Below are positions 26,661-35,615 of a stretch of DNA of 64,000 bases, piece by piece (within the stretch, counting starts at the first letter, position 1; the number at the start of each line of letters is the position of its first letter). The DNA is from a virus. The notes beneath the pieces are model-generated. The model was not told where the DNA came from and ran no database searches. It worked only from the letters and a program-made list of their open reading frames with translations. Position numbers and translations under genes: made by a program. Where the stretch lies: the IMG/VR virus record IMGVR_UViG_3300045256_000173. One strand, 5' to 3'.

Positions 26661-27446
26661 TCACGCCACACCACCCTCGATCACCCGCGGCGACCCGCCA
26701 CCCACCTGGTCCATGTGCTGCGCCACCAGCGCCATCACCCGCTCATCCGCCGCCACACCCAAATCCCCGAGCACACCCACGATCACCGACGCGATCATCG
26801 CCCCCACCTGCTGCGCCAACTCCACCCTGGCCTCAGCCACCTTCGCCTGCACGGCCAGGGCGCAGTAGCGGGCCACCCGATCCGACGCCTCGCCCTCCAA
26901 CTTCACGAGCGCCCGAATGCCCTCGTCGACCGCGTACACCCGGCCCTCCCGGTCCGCGTCGTACCGCTGCCCGACCAGCGCCGCGACCCCGCCGGTCGTG
27001 AAAATCCGCTCCAGGTCGGCGCGCGCCGCCTGCAACGCCGGATGCTCCGACCCGTCACCGCCGCCCGCCTCATCAGCGACCAGCAGCCCGCCCGCGTCGT
27101 GCGCCTGCCGCAGCCGCTCCGCCGCCTCGTACGCCTCCCCGACCAGCCGCCCGTACGTGTTCGTCTTCCACCGCCAGAACGCGATCAACCGCAGGATCTC
27201 CGACCTCGGGTCGATGCGGGAGCCGTCATGCGAGTCGAGCATCCACTGCCGCACCTCCAGCCGGATCGCGCCCTCCGCCCGCGCCTGCGCGAGAGGCTTT
27301 CCGGCGTGGTTCTTGCATGCGTTCGTGCCGGCAATCGCGTTCGCCCCGCAGAGGCTCCCGGCCTTGTTGCGGTAGCCGGCGTCGCCGCACTTGCGGGCCC
27401 CGGTCGGGGTGCCCTTGGGGACGTTGCTGCCCATGGGGTTGCTCAT
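26661..27446 (-). CDS. Terminase small subunit-like protein
   Basis: N-terminal CGANAIAGTNACKNHAG and C-terminal DRVARYCALAVQAKVAEARVELAQQ, as in actinophage TerS. Confidence 0.65.
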   Translation of the reverse strand: MSNPMGSNVPKGTPTGARKCGDAGYRNKAGSLCGANAIAGTNACKNHAGKPLAQARAEGAIRLEVRQWMLDSHDGSRIDPRSEILRLIAFWRWKTNTYGRLVGEAYEAAERLRQAHDAGGLLVADEAGGGDGSEHPALQAARADLERIFTTGGVAALVGQRYDADREGRVYAVDEGIRALVKLEGEASDRVARYCALAVQAKVAEARVELAQQVGAMIASVIVGVLGDLGVAADERVMALVAQHMDQVGGGSPRVIEGGVA

Positions 27447-28213
27447 GCGTCGGCCTGCCCGGTCTGGTGGTTGGCGTGGGGGCGGGGCATTTTGCAGCCG
27501 GGGTGGGTGCAGGTGATGCCGGTGGCGTCGGGTTCGAAGTCGTGGGTGGGGAGGCGGTGGCGTGGTGTGTCGTCGTCGATGGCTGCGCGCATCTTGGTGA
27601 TCCATCTGTCGATGTCGCCGTTGTGGATGAGGGTGTGGATGAGGGCGTCTTCGTTGCCGACGGTGATGGTGTTGTGGAGGAGTTCGAGGGTTTTCTTCGT
27701 CTCTCGTTCGGTCAGTCCGTACTCGGCGAGTTGGTCGGTGGCGGGCGTTAGCGAGGGGGGTGAGGGGGGAGAGATGGGTCGGGTCGGGACGGGTCGGGAC
27801 GGGGTTGAGCGCACTTCTTGCGAAGTTCGCTGCCCGTTCGCCTGTGCGTTCGGCCGAACATCGTGGTTGGTTCCGGGCTTGTTCTCCCGGTACTTGCGCA
27901 TCCGGTCGCGTGCGGCAGCCCGCTTGTCCTGCAATTCCTTGCTCGACGGTTGGTATTCGTCCCAGTCGTGGAACTGGAAGCCAGGCTCGCCGTTACGCGT
28001 TGTCGAAGTCCACAGGCCAACGGATTCAAGGCGACGCGTAATCGGCGTGATCTTGGACGCGAAGCGGGCCACAACTGACGCGGGAATGAACCCGTCGGTC
28101 TCGTTTGCGGCGCACCACGACCCGGCCATCACCCACACGCCCATGGCGAGAGGGCCGGCCTGGCGGGTCTTGTGGTGGTCGTGCAACCGGTCGTCGACCT
28201 TGAACCATGTCAT
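27443..28213 (-). CDS. Replication initiator / replisome organiser
   Basis: MTWFKVDD..HDHHK...GYQFHDW-like motif (GFQFHDWDEYQPS); PSRPVPTRP linker; follows DnaB. Confidence 0.8.
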   Translation of the reverse strand: MTWFKVDDRLHDHHKTRQAGPLAMGVWVMAGSWCAANETDGFIPASVVARFASKITPITRRLESVGLWTSTTRNGEPGFQFHDWDEYQPSSKELQDKRAAARDRMRKYRENKPGTNHDVRPNAQANGQRTSQEVRSTPSRPVPTRPISPPSPPSLTPATDQLAEYGLTERETKKTLELLHNTITVGNEDALIHTLIHNGDIDRWITKMRAAIDDDTPRHRLPTHDFEPDATGITCTHPGCKMPRPHANHQTGQADA

Positions 28214-28243
28214 CGGGGTGCTCCTATCGGGTGGTGCTGTCTG

Positions 28244-29662
28244 TCAGGCGAGGGCGACGGACGCGAACCGCATCGTGTGCAGCTGCGCGGCGAGGGTGAC
28301 GGTGTCGGTTGGGCCGCCGCGGTGCTTCGCGACGATCGCGTCTGCCTCCCCGGCGCGGGGGGATTCCTTGTCGTAGTAGTCGTCGCGGTGCAGCAGGATC
28401 ACGATGTCCGCGTCCTGTTCCTGCGACCCGGACTCGCGGAGGTCGGACAGGCTGGGCCGCTTGTTGGCGCTGCGCTCGGACTCGCGCTTGAGCTGGGAGC
28501 AGGCGATGACCGGCACCTCCAACTCCTTCGCGAGGAGCTTCAGGCCGCGGGAGATCTCGGCGACTTCCTGCTGCCGGGATTCGACACGTTTGCCGGTGGA
28601 CAGCAGCTGCAGGTAGTCGACGATGACCATGTCGAGTTTGCCGCGCTGCTTGAGGCGGCGGGCGCGGGCCCGGATGCTTGTCAACGTCTGGTTGGCGTAG
28701 TCGTCGATGTGGAGGCCGGATTCGTCGATCTCGGCGGACTTGCGGGTGATCGCTGTCCATCCGGCGTCGTCGACGTGGCCGCGCCGTAGGGCGGTGAACA
28801 GGAGGCTTGTCTCGGCGGAGATGACCCGCATGAGAATTTCGGGGCCGGTCATCTCGAGGTTGAACACGGCCACGTGCTTCCCGGCCTTGAGGGCGTTGTG
28901 GCGGGCGATGTCCATGGTGAGGACGCTCTTGCCCATGCCGGGCCTGCCCGCAATGATCACGAACTGGCCGCCGCGTAGGCCGCCGTTGAGGAGGTCGTCG
29001 AGGTCGGGCAGTCCGGTCGACAGGCCGGGGTCTTCGCCCTTGCCTGCGGCGTCGATCTGGTCGAGGGTGGCGCGAACGAGGTCGGCGATGGGTGTGACAC
29101 CGGTGTCGGTGTCGCCGACGGCGTCGAAGAACAGGGCTCCGGCCCGGTCGAATGGGTCGTCGTCGGGGTCGCGGGGGCCTTCGTAGCCGATGCGGGTGAC
29201 CTTCATGCCGATCTCGATGAGGCGTCGCTGGTCGGCTGCCGTTTTGACTTTCCGCGCGTACCAGGGGGCGCTGGCGACGATCGGCACGGACTCGGTGAGG
29301 GTGGTGAGGTAGGTGGCGCCGCCGATGCGGTTGAGTTCCCGGGCGGCGTAGAGGCGGTGGGCGACGGCGGCGGGGTCGGTGGGTTCACCGCGGCCGTACA
29401 GGTCGAGGATGGCGTCGAAGATCGTGGCGTGGATGGGGCGGTAGAAGTCGCTGCCGCCGAGGATGTCGATGACGTCGCCGATGGTGTCTTTCGACAGGAG
29501 CATCGAGCCGAGGACGATGCTTTCGGCGGCGACTTCGTGGGGTTGGGTTGTGCTGGGCTGGCTGTCGGCTGGCGGTTGCGGGTCGGGGGCACCGGGTGCC
29601 GGCCGTCGACCCTGGGTGTCGTCCAGGTCGCGGCGTGGCCGGTGGTCGGTGTTGATGCTCAC
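28244..29662 (-). CDS. dnaB: Replicative DNA helicase
   Basis: AGRPGMGKS Walker A, IVDYLQL, SQLKR, DLRESGSQEQDAD, KHRGGP. Confidence 0.97.
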   Translation of the reverse strand: MSINTDHRPRRDLDDTQGRRPAPGAPDPQPPADSQPSTTQPHEVAAESIVLGSMLLSKDTIGDVIDILGGSDFYRPIHATIFDAILDLYGRGEPTDPAAVAHRLYAARELNRIGGATYLTTLTESVPIVASAPWYARKVKTAADQRRLIEIGMKVTRIGYEGPRDPDDDPFDRAGALFFDAVGDTDTGVTPIADLVRATLDQIDAAGKGEDPGLSTGLPDLDDLLNGGLRGGQFVIIAGRPGMGKSVLTMDIARHNALKAGKHVAVFNLEMTGPEILMRVISAETSLLFTALRRGHVDDAGWTAITRKSAEIDESGLHIDDYANQTLTSIRARARRLKQRGKLDMVIVDYLQLLSTGKRVESRQQEVAEISRGLKLLAKELEVPVIACSQLKRESERSANKRPSLSDLRESGSQEQDADIVILLHRDDYYDKESPRAGEADAIVAKHRGGPTDTVTLAAQLHTMRFASVALA

Positions 29663-29690
29663 GCGGTGCTCCGGGGTTTCGGGTGGCGGG

Positions 29691-29903
29691 TCAGAACAGG
29701 GCTTGCTGCTGGCTGGCCGGCGGCTGATGGGGCGTGTCGGCGGGTTGCGGGGGCAGGTCGTGGACTTGGGCGGTGGTGCCGGCCCAGGCGGTGGACGCGT
29801 CGAGGTGGTCGGTGCAGACGACTTCTTGGCGGCCGGGCGCGGTGACGAGGTGGGCGGCGAGGTGCGGGGTGCGGCCGCGGGCGCAGTAGACGGGCCGGTC
29901 CAT
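29691..29903 (-). CDS. Hypothetical protein
   Basis: Coupled small ORF with CARG/CTDH motifs. Confidence 0.5.
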   Translation of the reverse strand: MDRPVYCARGRTPHLAAHLVTAPGRQEVVCTDHLDASTAWAGTTAQVHDLPPQPADTPHQPPASQQQALF

Positions 29904-30154
29904 CAGGCTGCCGCCCGCTGCCGGACGTAGCGGATCCACTCGTCGGGGGTGGAGCGGGTCATGTCGGCGAGGACTCGGGCGGTGCCGCCGGCCATGCCGA
30001 CGGCGAACGCGAGGGCTTGTGCGGTCTGGTCGGGGGTGAGCCGGTCGACGAGCTGGGCGGCGGTGTGTGGGTTGCCGGTGGCGGCGGCGTGGATGGCGTC
30101 GATGACGTCGGCGGCGAGGGGGAGGGTGTCGTCGGTGAGGATGGGGCTGGTCAT
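29903..30154 (-). CDS. Hypothetical protein
   Basis: ATG at 30154 with GGAGGG RBS, MTSPILTDD... Confidence 0.6.
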   Translation of the reverse strand: MTSPILTDDTLPLAADVIDAIHAAATGNPHTAAQLVDRLTPDQTAQALAFAVGMAGGTARVLADMTRSTPDEWIRYVRQRAAA

Positions 30155-30276
30155 GGTGCCCTCCGTGTGGGTTGGTGGTGGGGGTGGCGCGGTCGCCCGG
30201 GGGAGGGTGGACGACCGCGCCGGTTTGTGTCCTGGGCCGGCGGTTGGTGGGCTGCGCCCTGGCCGGTCGGGTGGGT

Positions 30277-30909
30277 TCACGCGGCGGCCCGGTCCTCGGG
30301 CAGCGGGCAGATCGCGCCGACGAACCGCTTGCCGATGGTGACGTGGGTGAGGCCTGCGGCGAACGCGAGCTGCAGCGGGCCGCGGGCGCGGACCTTCGCG
30401 AAGTCGGCGAGGAACTTCGCGGTGTACTTCTGCCCGGTGACCGGCTCGATGCGGTCGTTGTTGGCGAGCATCTCCCGCACGTTCGGGTACTCGTCGAGGA
30501 CGCCCTGGATCTGCATGACGAGCCGGGAGTGGCCGGTGTCGCGGGACCGTTCGACCTTCAGGACACCCTGGTGCAGGTCGATGGTGAGGGGCACCCGGTA
30601 CTCCTTGGGGCCGAGCTTGTAGTTGCTGATGACGTCCTTGGCGTCGTCGAGGGGCATGAGGATCGACCACGGGTTGTCGGCGCCGCCCCAGTTGGAGAAC
30701 AGGTCGTCCTGGCCGTCGTCGTCGGGTTCGTCGTCGGGGTGCCAGGTGGAGATGCCGAGCCGGATCCGGTCGGTGGCGGTGGCGTGGAGGTACTCGCCGT
30801 CCCAGTCGAGGCGGACGCAGTTGAGGGTGCCGACGTCGGCCTTGGGGTGGGCGAAGTTGACGACGTCGGCGAGGACACCGGTGAGGTCACCGGTGGGGAT
30901 GGTGATCAC
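30277..30909 (-). CDS. Sliding-clamp (DnaN)-like protein, short
   Basis: TLNCVRLDWDGEYLHATATDRIRL and DEYPNVREML resemble beta-clamp domain I/II motifs. Confidence 0.6.
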   Translation of the reverse strand: MITIPTGDLTGVLADVVNFAHPKADVGTLNCVRLDWDGEYLHATATDRIRLGISTWHPDDEPDDDGQDDLFSNWGGADNPWSILMPLDDAKDVISNYKLGPKEYRVPLTIDLHQGVLKVERSRDTGHSRLVMQIQGVLDEYPNVREMLANNDRIEPVTGQKYTAKFLADFAKVRARGPLQLAFAAGLTHVTIGKRFVGAICPLPEDRAAA

Positions 30910-31190
30910 GTGAGGCTCCTAGTCAGGTCGGCGCACAGGGCGGTGGTGGTCGGGTTGGGTTTCGCGCAGGTCGGACACATGGCGTGGCGGGTGCCGTCGG
31001 CGGTGGTAGGAGCGACGCGCCAGCCGGCGGCCCGGGCGTCGGAGTCCTGTTCGACGGTCGTTGCGGGGCGGATGCCGTCCCCGTCGCGGCGTGGCCGGGC
31101 CTTGAAGCTGCGCCCGCATGGTTGGCCGGTGGCCCGGCCGCGTCCGTCGAGGGCGCGGCCGGTGCATCGGACTGGTGGGGGGCGATCCAT
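30906..31190 (-). CDS. Small Cys-rich hypothetical protein
   Basis: CTG, PCG, CPTC motifs; coupled to ssb. Confidence 0.5.
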   Translation of the reverse strand: MDRPPPVRCTGRALDGRGRATGQPCGRSFKARPRRDGDGIRPATTVEQDSDARAAGWRVAPTTADGTRHAMCPTCAKPNPTTTALCADLTRSLT

Positions 31191-31651
31191 CAGAACGGGG
31201 GCTCCTCGTCCCAGTTCCCGCCGCCGGTGCGTGCTCCGGCGGGCGCGGCACCGGTCCGCGTGCTGCCACCCCCGCTGGTGCCGTTGTTGTCGCGGGCGTT
31301 CTTCTCGACCTTGGCGGTGGCGAACTTCAGCGTCGGGCCAATCGCGTCGATCATCAGGTCGATCGCGAACCGCTTCTGTCCGTCCTTCTCGTACTGCCGG
31401 GTCTTCATCCGCCCGGTCACCTGGACCTCGTGGCCCTTGGCGAGGGACTCGGCGATGTTCTCGGCTTCCCGGTCCCAGGCGGTGCCGTCGACGAAGAACA
31501 CATCGCCGTCTTCCCACTGGTCGGTCTGGGGGTTCTTGCGACGGGAGTTGAAGGCGAGCCGAACCTTGACGACGGCCTTGCCGCTGGGCGTGAAACGGAG
31601 CTCAGGGTCTTCGGTGAGCCGGCCGACGCCGGACAGGGTGGGCAGGGTCAT
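31190..31651 (-). CDS. ssb: Single-stranded DNA-binding protein
   Basis: GRLTEDPELRFTPSG, AENIAESL, VTGRMKTRQYE, acidic tail WDEEPPF. Confidence 0.95.
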   Translation of the reverse strand: MTLPTLSGVGRLTEDPELRFTPSGKAVVKVRLAFNSRRKNPQTDQWEDGDVFFVDGTAWDREAENIAESLAKGHEVQVTGRMKTRQYEKDGQKRFAIDLMIDAIGPTLKFATAKVEKNARDNNGTSGGGSTRTGAAPAGARTGGGNWDEEPPF

Positions 31652-32646
31652 GCTGCGGTCCTTTCGGAGGTGCGGCCGGTAGCCGCGGCGTTGGTGGTGC
31701 TGGGTTGGGTTTTCGCGGTGGAGCGGGTCGCGGTGTTGCGGAGCTGCTCGACGACGTGGGTTTTCAGGCCGTGCAGGGTGGCGAAGTCCTTCAGTCCGGG
31801 CCCGTCGAGCAGACGTGCGCGGCGCTGCCGTTCCCACGCATGCCACAGGGCGATCTGCTCGGCGGCGTTGAGGTCGTCGAAGCGTGCATCGCCGATGAGA
31901 GCGCGACGTACGAGGACTTCATCGACGTCCTGCTCCGGCGTGTTTTCGGGCTGCCCGGTGTGGGGGGTGGCCGCCGGGTCGTCGATGTCGTCGTCCCATG
32001 CGAGGGGCGGTGCCCATTCCCGGTTCGCGGCCATGCGCCGGGTACGGGTGCGGACCATGCCCGCCGGCGGCGGGGTGGCCGACATCTGCTCGTACAGCTC
32101 GGCTACCTCACGGGCGGTACGCACGGTAACGAGTTGCTGGGTGAGCAGGTCGTTGAAGTTGCGGATACCACGGTTCAACCGTCGGGCTTGCTCGGCGATG
32201 GACCAGCCGAACGCGGCGAGGGCTTGGATGCGGCGGCGGGTCCCGGCGGCGTTGACGAACGCTCCGTCGGCGAGGGCGCTGGTGTCGGCCTTGACCGCGA
32301 GCAGTGCTTGGGCGACGTGGGGGCGCAGCCGCTTGGTTGGCGGACGTCCGCTGTGGTGCCGCCAGACGAGGTGTTGAACGGTGGCTGTGCCGACGCCGGC
32401 GAGTTGGGCGATGCGGGCGGCGCCGAGGCCTTTGGCGCGTAGCTGGTTGACGTGTTGGCGTACTGGTGCGGCGTCAACGAGCGGCGCCCATCGGCCGTAG
32501 GCGTTGAGGCGGTTGTATCTGTCGTTGTAGTCGCGGTTGGCGGCGCGGCAGGGGGTGCACCGGCAGCGGTGGATCTTGTATCCGCTGAGGGTGCCGTGGC
32601 GTGGGTCGTCCGGCGTGAGGGGGCGGCGGGTGGTCTTGTTGGTCAT
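31648..32646 (-). CDS. Phage DNA-binding protein with Zn knuckle and HTH domains
   Basis: HGTLSGYKIHRCRCTPCRAAN; RRRIQALAAFGWSIAE HTH; WAPPLAWDDDIDDP. Confidence 0.7.
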   Translation of the reverse strand: MTNKTTRRPLTPDDPRHGTLSGYKIHRCRCTPCRAANRDYNDRYNRLNAYGRWAPLVDAAPVRQHVNQLRAKGLGAARIAQLAGVGTATVQHLVWRHHSGRPPTKRLRPHVAQALLAVKADTSALADGAFVNAAGTRRRIQALAAFGWSIAEQARRLNRGIRNFNDLLTQQLVTVRTAREVAELYEQMSATPPPAGMVRTRTRRMAANREWAPPLAWDDDIDDPAATPHTGQPENTPEQDVDEVLVRRALIGDARFDDLNAAEQIALWHAWERQRRARLLDGPGLKDFATLHGLKTHVVEQLRNTATRSTAKTQPSTTNAAATGRTSERTAA

Positions 32647-34118
32647 GCCGGCAGCTCGATTGTCTCGCCGTGGCTGAGGACGTTGTTCAGCAGCGTGGCG
32701 TATGCGTGCGCTGCTTGCTGCGGGACGACTCCGTTGCCGAGGCACTTGAGCGCGCCGTTACGCGGGACATGGTCGGTTACCCAGCCGACGGGCAGGCCCA
32801 TGAGCCACTCAACGAACACGGGGCTGAGGCGGGGCTGCCCATTCGCGCCGGGCTCGGTGGGGTCGGGTGCGGGCCGGCCGACTACCTGCTCCCAGCGGGT
32901 GATGGCGGGCGCGTAGCTGCCCCACCGGTCGGCATGCGCCACGTCGGAGAGCGTCCAACTGGTTGTGGTGGTGGTCGGCTTGGGGTTGGTCCGGTTCGCG
33001 GTGGCGTTCCGGCCGCCCTTCGCGTCGGTGGCCGTCAGGGTCGGTAGGAGCTGCATGACGGCGGAGGGCAGCATCAGGTCGCCGGAGCTGCCGCGCTGGT
33101 TGGGTCCGCCCTTCGTGCCGTCGGTGGCTCGTGGGGTGGGTAGGAGCGCGATGGCGTCTTCCAGGTTGCGGCGGCCCTGCTCGTGCATCCGCCGCTGCGC
33201 GGTGTCCGCGTTCGGGGTGCCCCGCCGGTCGCCGAGCTGGGCGGCTGGCGTCGGCAGAAGCGCCACCGCCTCGTTGAGGTCCACGCCGCGCGGGTTCGCG
33301 TTGCGGCCCTTGCTGTCACGCGCCCTGGGCGTCGGGAGCAACGACACGGCGGTGCGCAGGTCCGGGCCTCCGGTGCCGTGCACGCCGGGTCCGCGCATGT
33401 CGTTCGTCCTGGGCGTGGGCAGCAGGGTCAGGCCGTCTGCTCCAGCACCACCTGCGACAGGGGCGGCCGGAACCCTTCCGACGCCCGCCTGCCCGGCGTG
33501 CCCGTGTCCGAAGCGCGGGGGGTTGGCAGCAGGCCAGGCAACGATGAAGACCCGCTTGCGGCGGTGCGGGGCACCGACGTCCGACGCGGGAACAGTCGCC
33601 CACTCCGCATCGAACCCGAGGGCGGCAAGGTCCGCGAGTACGGCTCCGAGTGCCCGCACCACAAGGTCAGGGTCGACGTCTCCCAGACACCACGGGCAGG
33701 GTTCCACGTCGCTATGGGCTCGGGCACTGAGCAGTCCTTCCACGTTCTCCAGGAACACCAGCGGCGGGCGGAGTACCCCGATGCCGTAGGCGATGTGCGA
33801 CCAGATGCCGGTGCGGGTGCCTGGCTTCAGGCCGGCGCGTTTCCCGGCGGCGGACACGTCGGTGCAGGGGAAGCCGGCGGTGAGGACGTCTACGCGTGGC
33901 AGGGCGGCCCAGTCGACGGCGGTGAGGTCCCCGAGGTTGGGCACATCGGGCCAGTGCGCGGCAGCCACCTGGGCGGCGTACTGCGGGACCGGCTTTCCAG
34001 CGGAGGTGAGCGCCGGGTCGAACTCGGCGTACCAGAGGTGCTCCAGGGGGCCGAGCACTGATTCGGCGGCGAGCTCCAACCCGCCGTATCCCTTGCATAG
34101 GGCGCCAGAGGTCAGCAT
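32643..34118 (-). CDS. DNA (cytosine-5) methyltransferase
   Basis: Motif I CKGYGG, IV GFPC, VI ENV, VIII RKRVF, X GNGVVPQ; five LLPT(P/L) repeats in the variable region. Confidence 0.92.
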   Translation of the reverse strand: MLTSGALCKGYGGLELAAESVLGPLEHLWYAEFDPALTSAGKPVPQYAAQVAAAHWPDVPNLGDLTAVDWAALPRVDVLTAGFPCTDVSAAGKRAGLKPGTRTGIWSHIAYGIGVLRPPLVFLENVEGLLSARAHSDVEPCPWCLGDVDPDLVVRALGAVLADLAALGFDAEWATVPASDVGAPHRRKRVFIVAWPAANPPRFGHGHAGQAGVGRVPAAPVAGGAGADGLTLLPTPRTNDMRGPGVHGTGGPDLRTAVSLLPTPRARDSKGRNANPRGVDLNEAVALLPTPAAQLGDRRGTPNADTAQRRMHEQGRRNLEDAIALLPTPRATDGTKGGPNQRGSSGDLMLPSAVMQLLPTLTATDAKGGRNATANRTNPKPTTTTTSWTLSDVAHADRWGSYAPAITRWEQVVGRPAPDPTEPGANGQPRLSPVFVEWLMGLPVGWVTDHVPRNGALKCLGNGVVPQQAAHAYATLLNNVLSHGETIELPA

Positions 34119-34372
34119 CAGGCGGTCGCCTTCCGTGGTGGGGTGATGCCGAGGGCGGCTGCGGTTTCGTCGCGCCAGGTGCGGGCGGCGCGGAGCTGGG
34201 TGGGGTCGTGGTCGGTGCGGGTGTTCCAGTCGGGGCCGAGGAACCGGTTGCAGGCGATCGCGGTGAGGTTGCGGTAGGCGGCGGCGCGCTGCTGCTGCCG
34301 TCGCCGCTCGCCGTCGGCGGCGGTGGCGACGCGGGTGGTGTCGTATCCGCCTTCGATGGCTTGGACGCCCAT
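34118..34372 (-). CDS. Hypothetical protein
   Basis: Coupled ORF MGVQAIEGGY... Confidence 0.55.
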   Translation of the reverse strand: MGVQAIEGGYDTTRVATAADGERRRQQQRAAAYRNLTAIACNRFLGPDWNTRTDHDPTQLRAARTWRDETAAALGITPPRKATA

Positions 34373-35220
34373 CAGTGGTTCTCCTTGCCGGGGATGGTGT
34401 CGGTGGTCGTGGTGCACCGGCTGCAGCCGGCGGAGGTGCGGAGCAGGCCCTGCTGGTAGGCGAGGTGCACGGCGTGCGCGGCGTTGCGGGCGCCGAGCTG
34501 CCGGTACAGCTCCTGCATGTGGGTTTTCGCGGTGGTGGGGGAGACGCTGAGCGTCGCGGCGATGTCGTTGACGGCGGCACCGTCGGCGAGCAGTCGGATG
34601 ATCTGGTCGCGTCGGCGGGCCGGGGTTCCGGCTACCGGCCGGGTCTGCGTCGCGGCGTCCGGCCGGGCGGGCTGGCGGCCTTCCCGCATTTCCCGCCGGT
34701 TCTTCAACCGCAGCATCGCCTCCGTGACGGACATGTGGCCGGACTGGACGTCGCGCTGCTCACCGGGGGTGAGGTGCACGAGGCTGATCCGGTCACGCAC
34801 CCAGGCGGGGCTTTTGCCGACCATGCGGGCGAGGTTTTCGCGGGTGACGTTGTGTTCGAACATCAGCTTGTGGAGGGCGCGGGCTTCGGCCATCGGGTCG
34901 AAGGCGCGGGTGTGGCCTTGGATGGACAGCTGCCGGACGGCGCGGCGGATGGGGTTGTCGTCGGTGTGGCGGACGACGGCGGTGAGGTGGAGGATCCCGG
35001 CTTGGTTCGCGGCGGCGTGCCGGCGGTGGCCGTCGAGGAGTTGGTAGCGGTTGCCGGTGAGGGGTTCGACGAGAACGGGGACGAGTTGGCCGACGACTTT
35101 GAGGGAGGCGGCGAGTTCGGCGACGTCGCCGATGTGGCCGCGGGTGCTGGGGCCGGGTTCGATGTGGTCGATGGGGAGGCGCAGCAGCGCGGGGCGGCTG
35201 GTTGTGGTTGTGGTGGTCAT
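34372..35220 (-). CDS. ParB-like N-terminal domain protein with HTH and C-terminal LuxR-type HTH
   Basis: LLDGHRRHAA ParB motif; IIRLLADGAAVNDIAATLSVSPTTAKTHMQELYRQLGARNAAHAV LuxR motif. Confidence 0.85.
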   Translation of the reverse strand: MTTTTTTSRPALLRLPIDHIEPGPSTRGHIGDVAELAASLKVVGQLVPVLVEPLTGNRYQLLDGHRRHAAANQAGILHLTAVVRHTDDNPIRRAVRQLSIQGHTRAFDPMAEARALHKLMFEHNVTRENLARMVGKSPAWVRDRISLVHLTPGEQRDVQSGHMSVTEAMLRLKNRREMREGRQPARPDAATQTRPVAGTPARRRDQIIRLLADGAAVNDIAATLSVSPTTAKTHMQELYRQLGARNAAHAVHLAYQQGLLRTSAGCSRCTTTTDTIPGKENH

Positions 35221-35615
35221 CAGGCGGCCGTCCGGGTTTGGTTGGTGGTCTGGTTCGCTGCCGCGTACTTGGCCAGCGCGCTGTGCAGATCGGGGTCGTC
35301 GGAGTTCTCCGCCCAGATCGCTGCGGCGACGACGAGGGCCTGCACTTCGGCGGCGGTGAGGTCGAGAAGCGGCTGGTGGTGGTCGCCGACGAGTGCCACG
35401 TTCAGGCCGTAGGCGGCGGCGACGTCGATGAGGGTGCCGACGAGGACGTCGGTGGTGGTGTGTTCGATGGCGTGGACTTGGGATTTGCCGGTGCCGGCCT
35501 GGTCGGCGGCGTCGCGGATGCTGTAGTCGAGGGCCATGCGGTGGGCGCGGAGGCGTCGGCCGAGGGTGGCGCGTTCGGTGAGGGCCCGGCCGTTGCGGGG
35601 GGTGTCGGTGGTCAT
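35220..35615 (-). CDS. XRE-family HTH protein
   Basis: LGRRLRAHRMALDYSIRDAADQAGTGKSQVHAIE. Confidence 0.8.
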   Translation of the reverse strand: MTTDTPRNGRALTERATLGRRLRAHRMALDYSIRDAADQAGTGKSQVHAIEHTTTDVLVGTLIDVAAAYGLNVALVGDHHQPLLDLTAAEVQALVVAAAIWAENSDDPDLHSALAKYAAANQTTNQTRTAA

